A stretch of DNA of 64,000 nucleotides, taken from Phycisphaerae bacterium (GTDB lineage Bacteria > Planctomycetota > Phycisphaerae > Sedimentisphaerales > Anaerobacaceae). The notes below the pieces were generated by a model. That model worked only from the letters and a program-made list of their open reading frames with translations. It ran no database searches and was not told the DNA's origin. Shown here one piece after another: positions 19,025 through 27,983 of this stretch. Made by a program: the position numbers and the translations under genes. How positions within the stretch are numbered: the stretch's first letter is position 1; each line of letters begins with the position of its first letter. The stretch is from the NCBI GenBank assembly GCA_030601845.1, contig JAUWAY010000008.1:2185-66184 (forward strand), in the 5' to 3' direction.

Positions 19025-20407
19025 ATGTCGCAAAGGAAAAACATCAGTCGGCGTAAGTTTCTCAAAAGAGCAACCGCTGCAGGTGTGGTGGCAGTAAGTT
19101 TTCCGTATGTAATTGCCTCGTCCGCATTGGGTAAGGCTGGCAGCATCACGCCGAGTAATAGGATTACACTGGGCTTCGTCGGCCTCGGCCAGCACGGCAC
19201 TAAGGTAAATCTGCAGAATTTCCTTGGCAATGCGGATGCACAGGTTGTTGCCCTCTGTGACGTGGACCGGGAAAGTTCCGGTTACTTTGGGGGGCGAGCC
19301 GTCTTCGGACGAGAACCAGCGAGAAGGATTGTCGAAATGCACTATGGACGGGCAAGCCAATCGGGCACATACAAAGGCTGCTATATAACCGCAGATTGGC
19401 GAGAGGTTATCGCTTGCGACGACATCGATGCGGTGGTGGTATCGACCCCGGACCACTGGCACGTTCCAATCTCAATCGCCGCCGTCAAGACCGGCAAAGA
19501 TGTATACTGCGAAAAACCACTTACCCTGACCGTCACCGAAGGTCGTCTCTTGAGTGACACGGTGCAGCGATACAATCGGGTCTTGCAAACCGGCAGCTCA
19601 CTTCGCGCCAGCGACACTTTTCACCGCGCCGCCGAGCTTGTGTGCAACGGACGGATCGGCCGGCTCCATACTATCTGGACAGATCTGCCGGAAGTGTATC
19701 CCAGGGGCAAGGTGTACCCCAATGCCGAGCGCGATACCCTGCCAATGCCGGTGCCGGAGGGTTTCGACTACGATATGTGGCTTGGACCGGCGCCGTGGGC
19801 GCCGTATACCAAAGGGCGGTGTCACTGGAACTTTCGCTGGATACTGGATTACTCCGGCGGAGTGCTGACGGATTTTGGCGGCCACTATATCGACCAGGCA
19901 CAGTGGGCCAATGATACCGAATACACCGGGCCGATTGAGATTGACGGCAAGGGAGAGTTTCCCAGCAGCAGACTTTACAATACCGCCAAAAAATTCAGGA
20001 TCGAGTACAAATACGCCAATGGCGTCAGACTGATCTGCAGGAGTAAATACTCAGACCTAGTAGCTTCTATAAAGTACGAAGGGACCGAGGGATGGATTAT
20101 GCCTGGCAGGCGAGAGCTTATGGCGTATCCAGAGTCGATTCTGGACTCCGTTATTGGTCCGAACGAAACCCATCTGTACACGTGCCGACAGGGCCCGGAG
20201 CGTAACTTCCTTGACTGCGTTCACACACGCAGGCAGCCGTTCTACCCTGCGGAGGTGGGTCACCGCTCCACCACTGTCTGTCACCTGGGCAACATATCAA
20301 TGCTGCTGGGGCGAAAATTGAAATGGGACCCGCAGAAGGAACGCTTCAACGATGAGCAGGCCAATAGAATGCTGTCACGGTCGATGCGAAGTCCGTGGCA
20401 CCTGTAA
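19025..20407 (+). CDS. Gfo/Idh/MocA family oxidoreductase with Tat signal
   Basis: RRKFLKRATAAGVVAVS twin-arginine leader. Rossmann segment ITLGFVGLGQHG, and EKP motif VYCEKPL. Confidence 0.88.
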   Translation: MSQRKNISRRKFLKRATAAGVVAVSFPYVIASSALGKAGSITPSNRITLGFVGLGQHGTKVNLQNFLGNADAQVVALCDVDRESSGYFGGRAVFGREPARRIVEMHYGRASQSGTYKGCYITADWREVIACDDIDAVVVSTPDHWHVPISIAAVKTGKDVYCEKPLTLTVTEGRLLSDTVQRYNRVLQTGSSLRASDTFHRAAELVCNGRIGRLHTIWTDLPEVYPRGKVYPNAERDTLPMPVPEGFDYDMWLGPAPWAPYTKGRCHWNFRWILDYSGGVLTDFGGHYIDQAQWANDTEYTGPIEIDGKGEFPSSRLYNTAKKFRIEYKYANGVRLICRSKYSDLVASIKYEGTEGWIMPGRRELMAYPESILDSVIGPNETHLYTCRQGPERNFLDCVHTRRQPFYPAEVGHRSTTVCHLGNISMLLGRKLKWDPQKERFNDEQANRMLSRSMRSPWHL

Positions 20408-20434
20408 TAAGGAGCATATTTTAAGGAGAAATTT

Positions 20435-21256
20435 ATGAGAGTAATAATTGAGCCGAATTACGATTTAGCCGCCAAATGGACCGCCAACTATGTCGCCAAG
20501 AGCATAAATGAATTTGGCCCGAGCGAGGCCAAACTTTTCGTGTTGGGTCTGCCCACTGGCTCTTCGCCGATTGGGGTGTATAAACAATTAGTGGAACTTT
20601 ATAAGGCCGGAACGGTTTCGTTCAAAAATGTTGTTACCTTTAATATGGATGAATACGTGAACCTACCCGAGGACCATCCTGAAAGCTATCACTCATTTAT
20701 GGATAAATACCTCTTCAAGCACATAGATATCCCAAAAGAGAATATCAACATTCTCAATGGCAATGCGCCGGACCTGGAAGCCGAATGTGCCGGCTATGAA
20801 GAAAAAATAAAAAAGGCAGGCGGCGTTAAACTCTTTGTCGGTGGTATAGGGCCCGACGGCCATATAGCATTCAACGAGCCCGGCTCATCATTGTCGTCAA
20901 GGACACGCATCAAAACGCTGACCTACGACACTATCGTAGCCAACTCACGATTCTTCGACGGCGATATTAATAAAGTTCCCAAAACCGCTTTGACCGTGGG
21001 CGTAGGGACCGTTATGGGTGCCGAGGAAGTTATAATTATCGTCAACGGCCACAATAAGGCCCGTGCATTGCGACACGCCATAGAAGAAGGTGTAAATCAT
21101 ATGTGGACAATCAGTGCCCTGCAAATGCACCCGAAAGGTATTATTGTCTGCGATGACGAAGCCACGATTGAGCTAAAGGTCGGCACGGTAAAATACTTCA
21201 AAGACATAGAATCGGCCAATCTCGACCCGGCAACACTGCTGAATCGTGCCCCGTGA
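20435..21256 (+). CDS. nagB: glucosamine-6-phosphate deaminase
   Basis: [31 protein letters not shown]; 273 aa. Confidence 0.93.
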   Translation: MRVIIEPNYDLAAKWTANYVAKSINEFGPSEAKLFVLGLPTGSSPIGVYKQLVELYKAGTVSFKNVVTFNMDEYVNLPEDHPESYHSFMDKYLFKHIDIPKENINILNGNAPDLEAECAGYEEKIKKAGGVKLFVGGIGPDGHIAFNEPGSSLSSRTRIKTLTYDTIVANSRFFDGDINKVPKTALTVGVGTVMGAEEVIIIVNGHNKARALRHAIEEGVNHMWTISALQMHPKGIIVCDDEATIELKVGTVKYFKDIESANLDPATLLNRAP

Positions 21257-21283
21257 CTCGTGTCCAGTAATTCGAGCAACCGG

Positions 21284-22381
21284 TCACGGGCGAGGTGGCA
21301 CGGGTGATGGCTCTTTGCCGGGTGGATAAATGATGGTTGCTTTTGCCTTTAGCGAGTCGACATATTGCATAGAAAGTTCGCGCCTCTTTTGCTGCGTTAG
21401 TCCATTTATAATCTCGTTTTTGGCCTGCTCAAACGTTATAACTTCCGGGTCTTTGTGGTCGGTAACTTTTATTATGTGATAGCCAAATTGGGTTTCCACG
21501 ACACCGCTGACCTCATTCACATCCAGCGTAAAGGCCACATTGGAGAACTCCGGGACCATACTGCCCCTGCCAGTCTTCGGGAAGAAATCTAAATCGCCGC
21601 CACCTGCCGCTGAGGGGCAAGCCGAGTTGGCTTTGGCTAATTCGGCAAAGTCGGCTCCGTCCTTGATTTGGCCGAGCAGGCCCTTGGCCTTTGCTTTAGC
21701 CCTGGCCTTTGCCTCGTTGGGGTCGGCGTTGGGGTCAGTGGTGTCAGCTTCTATGAGAATATGACTTGCCCTGACCATCTCGGGCGTTTCGAACTGGCTT
21801 CTATTTTCAGAATAATACTTCTCTGCATCATCTTCTGTAACGTTTATCTTGTCGCCAAGTTGGGCCTCCATAAGTTTCTGATAGGCCAGTCCCTTGCGGG
21901 CGCGCTCTTTAACATCGTCAAAATTTTCACCGTACTTCATTACAAGAGCTTTGAAATCTTCCAGCGATAACTTCTGCTGGGCAGCCATTTTCTTGAGCTC
22001 TTCGGTCACCTGTTGTTCGGTAATGACTATGTTGGCCTCTTTTACTTTTTCATCCAGCAGCGCCATTTCGGTCAATCCCTTCAGTACCTGCTCTCTGAGC
22101 TGTCTTTGGTATTGCTGGACAATGGCAGGCGGCAGGTTTGCTAACTGCGTGGCCATTTTCTTAAGCCGTGATCCAAGCAGCACTTCTATCTCGCTTTCGG
22201 TAATATCGACGCCGTTGACTGTAACGGCAACACCGTTCAAATCCCGAACATCGCTGCCGGCAGGGCTGTTCGGTTCAGCGGCAGCGGCATTAGTTGTTAC
22301 AGAGCTGGCAATTAAGCCACAGGTAGTAAGAAATATTACGGCCTGGGTAGAAATTCGCAATTTAAGCAGATAATTTTTCAT
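21284..22381 (-). CDS. peptidyl-prolyl cis-trans isomerase (SurA/PpiD-like, parvulin domain)
   Basis: Signal peptide, SurA-like helical N-domain, parvulin core VRASHILI...FGYHIIKV. Confidence 0.88.
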   Translation of the reverse strand: MKNYLLKLRISTQAVIFLTTCGLIASSVTTNAAAAEPNSPAGSDVRDLNGVAVTVNGVDITESEIEVLLGSRLKKMATQLANLPPAIVQQYQRQLREQVLKGLTEMALLDEKVKEANIVITEQQVTEELKKMAAQQKLSLEDFKALVMKYGENFDDVKERARKGLAYQKLMEAQLGDKINVTEDDAEKYYSENRSQFETPEMVRASHILIEADTTDPNADPNEAKARAKAKAKGLLGQIKDGADFAELAKANSACPSAAGGGDLDFFPKTGRGSMVPEFSNVAFTLDVNEVSGVVETQFGYHIIKVTDHKDPEVITFEQAKNEIINGLTQQKRRELSMQYVDSLKAKATIIYPPGKEPSPVPPRP

Positions 22382-22554
22382 AATTTGCCCTTTTGTGGGT
22401 TTAGGCGTTTAAAAGCTTTTCTTGAAGAAAAATCCGAACAAATCATTATTCCATCAAGAAGCAAATAAGTCAACATTTTATTGCAAAAAAGGCCTGGTCG
22501 CGTTGCTTCCGGCCTTCGTAGCCGAAGCTGCTTCGGCGGAGTAGGCACTGTGCT

Positions 22555-22985
22555 AGCAGCATAGGTGGCCCGTTTGAATCCGCCTTCGCCAAGGCTTCCG
22601 TCTTCGCTAAAGCTTCCATCTTCGCTAAAGCTACGACGGACAAGACGACGGACAAGATGGCGGACAAGATTGGGTTTGATTGGGTTTGAATTGGGTTTGA
22701 ATTGGCTTTGTTTTTTCATAGCCCTTAGCCGCATTTTTCTTCATAATCCTTTGTAAATACACACTTTGCATCAATTTTGGCTTTTCGGAAATTGGGTTTG
22801 ATTGGGTTTGAATTGGGTTTGTATTGGGTTTGTTTTTATCGTCATTGTTCATAGTTATTTGTTCATAGTTCATTGTTTTAACAGGGCTTACGTTCATTTG
22901 ACTTTTTCGGAAATTGGGTTTGTTTTGCATAAAAGAGGTCATAATTGGTTGACAAGTTAGGCTGGATAGGCGGTTTGCGAGTATT
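22555..22985. repeat. composite dispersed repeat, copy A (shared modules plus TTGGGTTTG decamer arrays)
   Basis: Modules shared with copy B (59908..60215): 24 nt tttgaatccgccttcgccaaggct (22573..22596), 43 nt atggcggacaagattgggtttgattgggtttgaattgggtttg (22657..22699), and a 93-nt core 22889..22981 with about 6 mismatches to 60121..60213. Decamer arrays lie at 22669..22710 and 22791..22832. Confidence 0.85.
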
Positions 22986-23756
22986 GCGTATTGCGTATTG
23001 CATAGATCGTAGCCCAAGGTTGCATCTGGTAGTTTGAAATCCGAAATCCTAATATCGAAATTCGAAACAATATCAAAATCTAAATGAGCCAAATTCAAAA
23101 CTTTGCCTTTCTTGCCTAGCTTTCCAAATGCTGGTTTATGTGCGTGTATCTGCTGATACGAAAACGTGCGGTTCTCCGCGTGCTTGTCGCTCCTGGCGGG
23201 ATTTACCCCCAATCGCGTCTGTATTATACCAAAAATTGGCTATTTGTTCAATAAAAATCTAACATAATCGTGAAAAAAATTAAGCCACATCCATGCTTCG
23301 CTCCTTAGGAGCTACGCAGGACAAGGAGGGCACAGAGGACTCAGAGAATCCAATAATATTTAACCACAGATTTCACAGATTTGCACAGATTTAAGCTTTG
23401 GCAGGTTTGTTGTAAACAAACCTGTGTGTTCTTGGCCTAAAGAGTTTCCAAAAGTAAACTTTTTACAATCTTTCGGCCTCATCCACAGTCCCATAGGGAC
23501 TAACACCAAAGCAAAAATTTTTCACGCAGGAAAGCCACGCCCCGCCCACCAGACAAGGCGGGTAAACTACGGCGGATAAATCTCGATGCTCGCTTTTAAA
23601 CAAAGACCCGCCGAGTAATCCTTCGGCAGGCTCAGGACACAATCGGCGGGCTAAATATTATCAACTTTTGCGCTTTGGCCGTTGCTTAGCGGTATCTCTT
23701 TCATTATTCTCTCTTACCTCTGCTAACTCGTGGCTGTCCCTAGTTTCTTGATTTAC

Positions 23757-24140
23757 TTATTGTTTTTGGTCATCTTTTAGCTTTTTATCTGTTTCGTCTG
23801 CTATTAACTTCTTGATACAGTAGTCTATATAGCCCGTATGCATAATACAATAGGAATAAATACAGAAGGCTATGAGTAAGCAGGTTGCTACTAAGGAGGC
23901 GTTATCTCTTCCAATGCTTGGGTTTATCGGAAATAGAATGTAGCTGTTTACAGCAATAAAAAAACCGCAAATCAAGGCCAAAGGGATTGCCGACAAGAGA
24001 TTTATTACTGGTCTTCGCAAAACTACATACCTAATCAAAAAGGGTAATAGTAATGCAAACAGAAACAAAAGGATATGGAACAGCACAAAATACCAAGGCG
24101 TTCCTTCCGGTGGTTCGTATAGTGTGATTATTTGTGTCAT
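23757..24140 (-). CDS. small polytopic membrane protein, function unknown
   Basis: 127 aa with 3-4 hydrophobic helices and a charged tail KKLKDDQKQ. AT-rich relative to neighbours. No recognisable family. Confidence 0.5.
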   Translation of the reverse strand: MTQIITLYEPPEGTPWYFVLFHILLFLFALLLPFLIRYVVLRRPVINLLSAIPLALICGFFIAVNSYILFPINPSIGRDNASLVATCLLIAFCIYSYCIMHTGYIDYCIKKLIADETDKKLKDDQKQ

Positions 24141-24260
24141 TGAAACTGTCCTATTTTTAGAAAAGCTTGTAGGGTGCGATGTTTCGGACCATTTTAATTA
24201 TATCGAGTCATTCTCCGACAGAATATCAGCACAGGCAGGAAATCTGCCCATCCTACAAAC

Positions 24261-24863
24261 CTAAAACAATCCACCGATGCTTCGAATGATGAACACCGCA
24301 CAATCAATTGCCCGCTGTACAAGTTCAGGCTCCGCATTTTGCACTCCATGGGCATCGGAATATTCACGGCGAAACGCTCCCAAAACGTATGCTGCTTGAT
24401 TGACTGCGCCACGATGGTTGTTCCAGATCTTGTTGATTTCGTCCGCCTTCAAACTGCTGATATGTGCTTTGAAATCTTTAACAATCGGATTTATCTGATT
24501 AGTTATCACAGATCGTGCTTCAGCTTTTGCAACCTGTTCCATTATCTTTCTTATTTTCGGTTCTTCGAACTCCTCGGTGATCTTGGTGACCAACATATTC
24601 TCTATGTAATTTGTTCCAGATCTATACGCCTTCACGAGAGCCACCACGAGAAACACCACTGAAATAACCGTAAGAATACTGAAGCCACCAAAAAGGAACT
24701 TCCTAAGCCTCTTCCAGATCTTGCTAACAATGTATTTCTCCTGCTGGGGTGTTAAAAGGTTGCGGTCTGGTTCTCCGCTGGAAAAATCGGCCCCGCATTC
24801 GGGACAAGCAACAAGACGGTCGTCGGTTGTAATCATACCACAGATTGTGCACTTCCTTTTCAT
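24261..24863 (-). CDS. zinc-ribbon protein with one TM helix, function unknown
   Basis: N-terminal CxxC...CxxC (CTICGMITTDDRLVACPECG), TM helix FGGFSILTVISVVFLVVALV, about 120-aa helical C-domain. AT-rich. Confidence 0.55.
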   Translation of the reverse strand: MKRKCTICGMITTDDRLVACPECGADFSSGEPDRNLLTPQQEKYIVSKIWKRLRKFLFGGFSILTVISVVFLVVALVKAYRSGTNYIENMLVTKITEEFEEPKIRKIMEQVAKAEARSVITNQINPIVKDFKAHISSLKADEINKIWNNHRGAVNQAAYVLGAFRREYSDAHGVQNAEPELVQRAIDCAVFIIRSIGGLF

Positions 24864-25035
24864 TCGCTACTTACTTGATCCAAGTGCCCAAAATAATAAT
24901 ATACAAACCTTACTAACAGTCCCGCTTAGGTATTGTAAAACGGACTACGGCGGATAAACGTTAGTTTATTGTGGTTTTTAATTATACTTATTTTTGGCAA
25001 AGACTGCAAAGAAAAAAATGCGACAAAGATAACGA

Positions 25036-25190
25036 GAACCCCCGGCAGTGCCGGGGGCTAACAATATATAAAAACCCCCCGCAGTGCGAGAAAAAGAAAC
25101 CCCTTACGATGCAAGGGGCTAACAAGAACCCCCTCGCAGTGCGAGGGGGTGGTTGCGCTCCCTTAGGGGGCAGGCAGAATGACAATCCGA
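25036..25190. repeat. tandem array of GC-rich stem-loops (REP/BIME-like)
   Basis: cccccggcagtgccggggg (25039..25057), ccccccgcagtgcgag (25075..25090, half unit), ccccttacgatgcaagggg (25100..25118), ccccctcgcagtgcgaggggg (25129..25149). Two units are followed by ctaaca. The array ends with gcaggcagaatgacaa, which resembles the 5799/44776 repeat tail. Confidence 0.7.
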
Positions 25191-25337
25191 TTTACTATTT
25201 TCTATTTACCAATTACAATTGAGTTTGTTTTTTGGTGTTTTTTGCTATTTTTTTGAAAGAATCATTGTCTTTCTTTCCTCAATTTTTTAAGATACGGCCT
25301 GTCTCGATAATTAGTCAGTTCAAACAAAGAGCAAGAT

Positions 25338-26780
25338 ATGAGATACGAGATGACTTCGGCGAGCTCAGTCGAGCCGCGGGAAAGCTGTGGTCTTTTCGGT
25401 ATTTTTGGGGATGCTGAGGCCGTCCAGAAGACCTATTTTGGTCTGCACAGCCTTCAACACCGCGGCCAGGAGTCGGCAGGAATCGCCTCCAGCGATGGTG
25501 AATTTATCCGCTGTTATACAGGTATGGGGCAGGTAAGCAGGGTTTTCCGCAGTGGTTCAGGTCTTTTGGAAAAACTGGCGGGGGCGTCGGCTAATCCAAT
25601 AGCGATCGGCCATGTGCGGTACTCAACCACAGGTTCGAGCAGCCCTGTTAACAGCCAGCCGCTTTTGAGCGAGTACTCCTACGGGCAGGTGGCAGTGGCA
25701 CATAACGGCAATCTTATCAACGCGCAACTTCTGCGGGACGAATACGAGGCATACGGCAGCATATTCAAGACCACTTCGGATACCGAAGTAATTACTCACT
25801 TGCTCGCCAAGCCGACCCACGTCAGCAATCCCGACTCACTGGCCCATATATTAAACCATCTGCAGGGTGCGTATTCGCTGCTGTTTTTGTTTGCTGACCG
25901 TATCGAAGCTGCGCGGGACCCTTACGGCATCAGGCCTTTGTGCGTTGGCCAGACGGAAAAGGGCTCTTACGTTGTAGCCAGTGAGAGCTGTGCTTTTGAC
26001 TTAGTAGGGGCGAAGTTCATTCGTGAAGTTGAGCCGGGCGAAATCGTTCGGCTTGACGAAAAGGGGCTTTCGAGCAGATTTTTTGTCAAGCCCGGGACGG
26101 TCACGCCGGCACACTGTATCTTCGAGCATATCTACTTCGCCAAGCAAAACTCACTTTTATTTGGTGAAAATGTGCACGAGTTCAGGAAGAAGCTCGGAAG
26201 AGGCGTTGCAATAGAACACCCCGTTGATGCCGACGTTGTAATACCCGTCCCGGACTCGGGGACATCGGCGGCAATAGGATATGCAGAACAAAGCAAACTG
26301 CCCTTTGATATGGGGCTGGTCAGAAGTCACTACATAGGCAGGACATTTATCTCGCCGGACCAGAAATTAAGAGAACTGGAGGTCAAACTCAAGCTGGCCG
26401 TTGTAAAAGAAGCGGTGGCCGGCAAACGCATCGTAGTGGTGGATGATTCAATCGTTCGCGGTACAACCACAAGAGGCAAGATTAGAACCCTGCGTCAGGC
26501 AGGTGTAAAACAAATCCATATGCGAGTCAGCTGTCCGCCGCTAAGATTCCCCTGTTTTTACGGTGTGGACTTCCCCACCAAAGAGGAACTTTTAGCAAAT
26601 AACCGCAACCTGGAACAAATCAAAGAATTCCTTGAGGTGGACAGCATCGGTTATTGCTCGCTGGAAGGGCTGCTGTCTTGTGCATCGCTGCCGGCAGAGA
26701 GCTATTGCACCGCCTGCTGGACCGGCAAGTACAAAATACCTGTAGATGTCGCGATGAACAAGTTCGCTCTGGAGCGCTAA
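25338..26780 (+). CDS. purF: amidophosphoribosyltransferase PurF (with propeptide, 4Fe-4S type)
   Basis: Propeptide then CGLFGIFG. Also LQHRGQESAGI, HVRYSTTG, VAHNGNLIN, TSDTEV, VVDDSIVRGTT, and the Cys ligand pattern CIFEHIYF, CPPLRFPC, CTACWTG. Confidence 0.95.
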   Translation: MRYEMTSASSVEPRESCGLFGIFGDAEAVQKTYFGLHSLQHRGQESAGIASSDGEFIRCYTGMGQVSRVFRSGSGLLEKLAGASANPIAIGHVRYSTTGSSSPVNSQPLLSEYSYGQVAVAHNGNLINAQLLRDEYEAYGSIFKTTSDTEVITHLLAKPTHVSNPDSLAHILNHLQGAYSLLFLFADRIEAARDPYGIRPLCVGQTEKGSYVVASESCAFDLVGAKFIREVEPGEIVRLDEKGLSSRFFVKPGTVTPAHCIFEHIYFAKQNSLLFGENVHEFRKKLGRGVAIEHPVDADVVIPVPDSGTSAAIGYAEQSKLPFDMGLVRSHYIGRTFISPDQKLRELEVKLKLAVVKEAVAGKRIVVVDDSIVRGTTTRGKIRTLRQAGVKQIHMRVSCPPLRFPCFYGVDFPTKEELLANNRNLEQIKEFLEVDSIGYCSLEGLLSCASLPAESYCTACWTGKYKIPVDVAMNKFALER

Positions 26781-26814
26781 TAAATGCGTATGTTTGATGA
26801 TTGGCCTCAGACAG

Positions 26815-27882
26815 ATGAGTAAATACATCAGCTACGAGCAGGCCGGCGTGAGTATCGACGCCGGCGATGAAATGGTCGAGCGAATCGGCGGGTATGTTGC
26901 CGGCACATTCGGGCCGAGGGTCATTGAAACCAAAAATGCCTTTGTGGGGCTGTTCCGGCTGGACTACGACGAACGGCTCTTCAAGAAAAATTACAAAAGT
27001 CCTGTCCTTGTGGCCTGCACCGATGGCGTGGGCAGCAAAGTCCAATTAGCCGGCAAAATAAAAAAGTTCGACACCGTCGGGATTGACCTGGTTGCGATGA
27101 ACGTCAACGATATGCTCACCGCCGGCGCCGAGCCGTTGTTTTTTCTCGATTACCTTGCGGTTCACAAGCTGGAGCCGAAAGTAATCGCCGAGCTGGTAAA
27201 AGGCGTTGCCGCCGGCTGCCGACTGGCCGACTGTGCCTTGTTAGGCGGGGAAACCGCTGAAATGCCCGATACGTACTCCAGGGGCGATTTCGATATGGCC
27301 GGGTTCGCCGTCGGGGTGGTCGAGCGCAAGAAAATCATCACAGGCAAAAACATACGTAACGGCGACGTGATACTGGGCCTCGGCTCAAGCGGGCTGCACA
27401 GTAACGGATACACCCTCGTTCGCAATATCTGTTTTAAGAAAGCCGCTCTTAAAATGACCGATACTTTGGATGAGCTCGATGGGACGGCATTGGGCCAAGT
27501 GCTGCTGAAACCAACGCGAATTTATGTTCGGCCGGTAGTGAAACTCTTATCACAATACAAGGTCAAACGCATTGTCCACGGGATGGCCCACATTACCGGC
27601 GGGGGGCTTGTGGGGAACATTCCGCGAGTGTTGCCGAAAGACTGCAATGCGGCCATAAAGAAATCGAGCTGGCCGGTACCGAAGATATTCACATTTTTGC
27701 AGAAGACGGGCCCCGTCGAAGAAGAGGAGATGTTCAGGGTCTTCAATATGGGCATCGGCTTTGTGCTGATAGTAGCCGAGGATTTTGCCAATTCGATAAA
27801 AAAGAAATTGACCAGATATGGCGAAAAGGTATATCGTATCGGCAGAATAACGACCGGTACCGGCAATGTAATCCTTAAATAG
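26815..27882 (+). CDS. purM: phosphoribosylformylglycinamidine cyclo-ligase PurM
   Basis: ISYEQAGVSIDAGD, GTDGVGSK, DYLA, GGETAEMP, GLHSNGYTL. The ATG at 26815 is preferred over the TTG at 26794. Confidence 0.93.
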   Translation: MSKYISYEQAGVSIDAGDEMVERIGGYVAGTFGPRVIETKNAFVGLFRLDYDERLFKKNYKSPVLVACTDGVGSKVQLAGKIKKFDTVGIDLVAMNVNDMLTAGAEPLFFLDYLAVHKLEPKVIAELVKGVAAGCRLADCALLGGETAEMPDTYSRGDFDMAGFAVGVVERKKIITGKNIRNGDVILGLGSSGLHSNGYTLVRNICFKKAALKMTDTLDELDGTALGQVLLKPTRIYVRPVVKLLSQYKVKRIVHGMAHITGGGLVGNIPRVLPKDCNAAIKKSSWPVPKIFTFLQKTGPVEEEEMFRVFNMGIGFVLIVAEDFANSIKKKLTRYGEKVYRIGRITTGTGNVILK

Positions 27883-27983
27883 CTCGATACTCGATAATGA
27901 CATTTTGTGTTTTGAGACAGTCCCTTAGCGGTGTCGATAAAATTTAATATGGTAAATCACAGACATATCTTTAGGAGGTAAAA

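Noticed and set aside
22949-22954. TTGACA inside the 93-nt repeat core (also at 60181..60186) as a promoter -35 box.
   Set aside because: No acceptable -10 hexamer lies at 16-19 nt in either copy or on either strand, so a promoter cannot be supported from sequence.
22378-23212. ORFs 22378..22734, 22470..22667, 22565..22756 and 22631..23212 (KPN.NPIQTQ, SFSEDGS repeats), and likewise 59890..60234 and 59924..60133.
   Set aside because: They are translations of 10-11-nt tandem repeats and palindromes. The unit lengths are not multiples of 3, and the ORFs appear on both strands, so they are treated as non-coding repeat DNA.
25036-25190. Possible mini CRISPR array.
   Set aside because: The units are only about 19-21 nt and are themselves hairpins, the intervals are 10-17 nt, there are only four units, and no cas genes are present.
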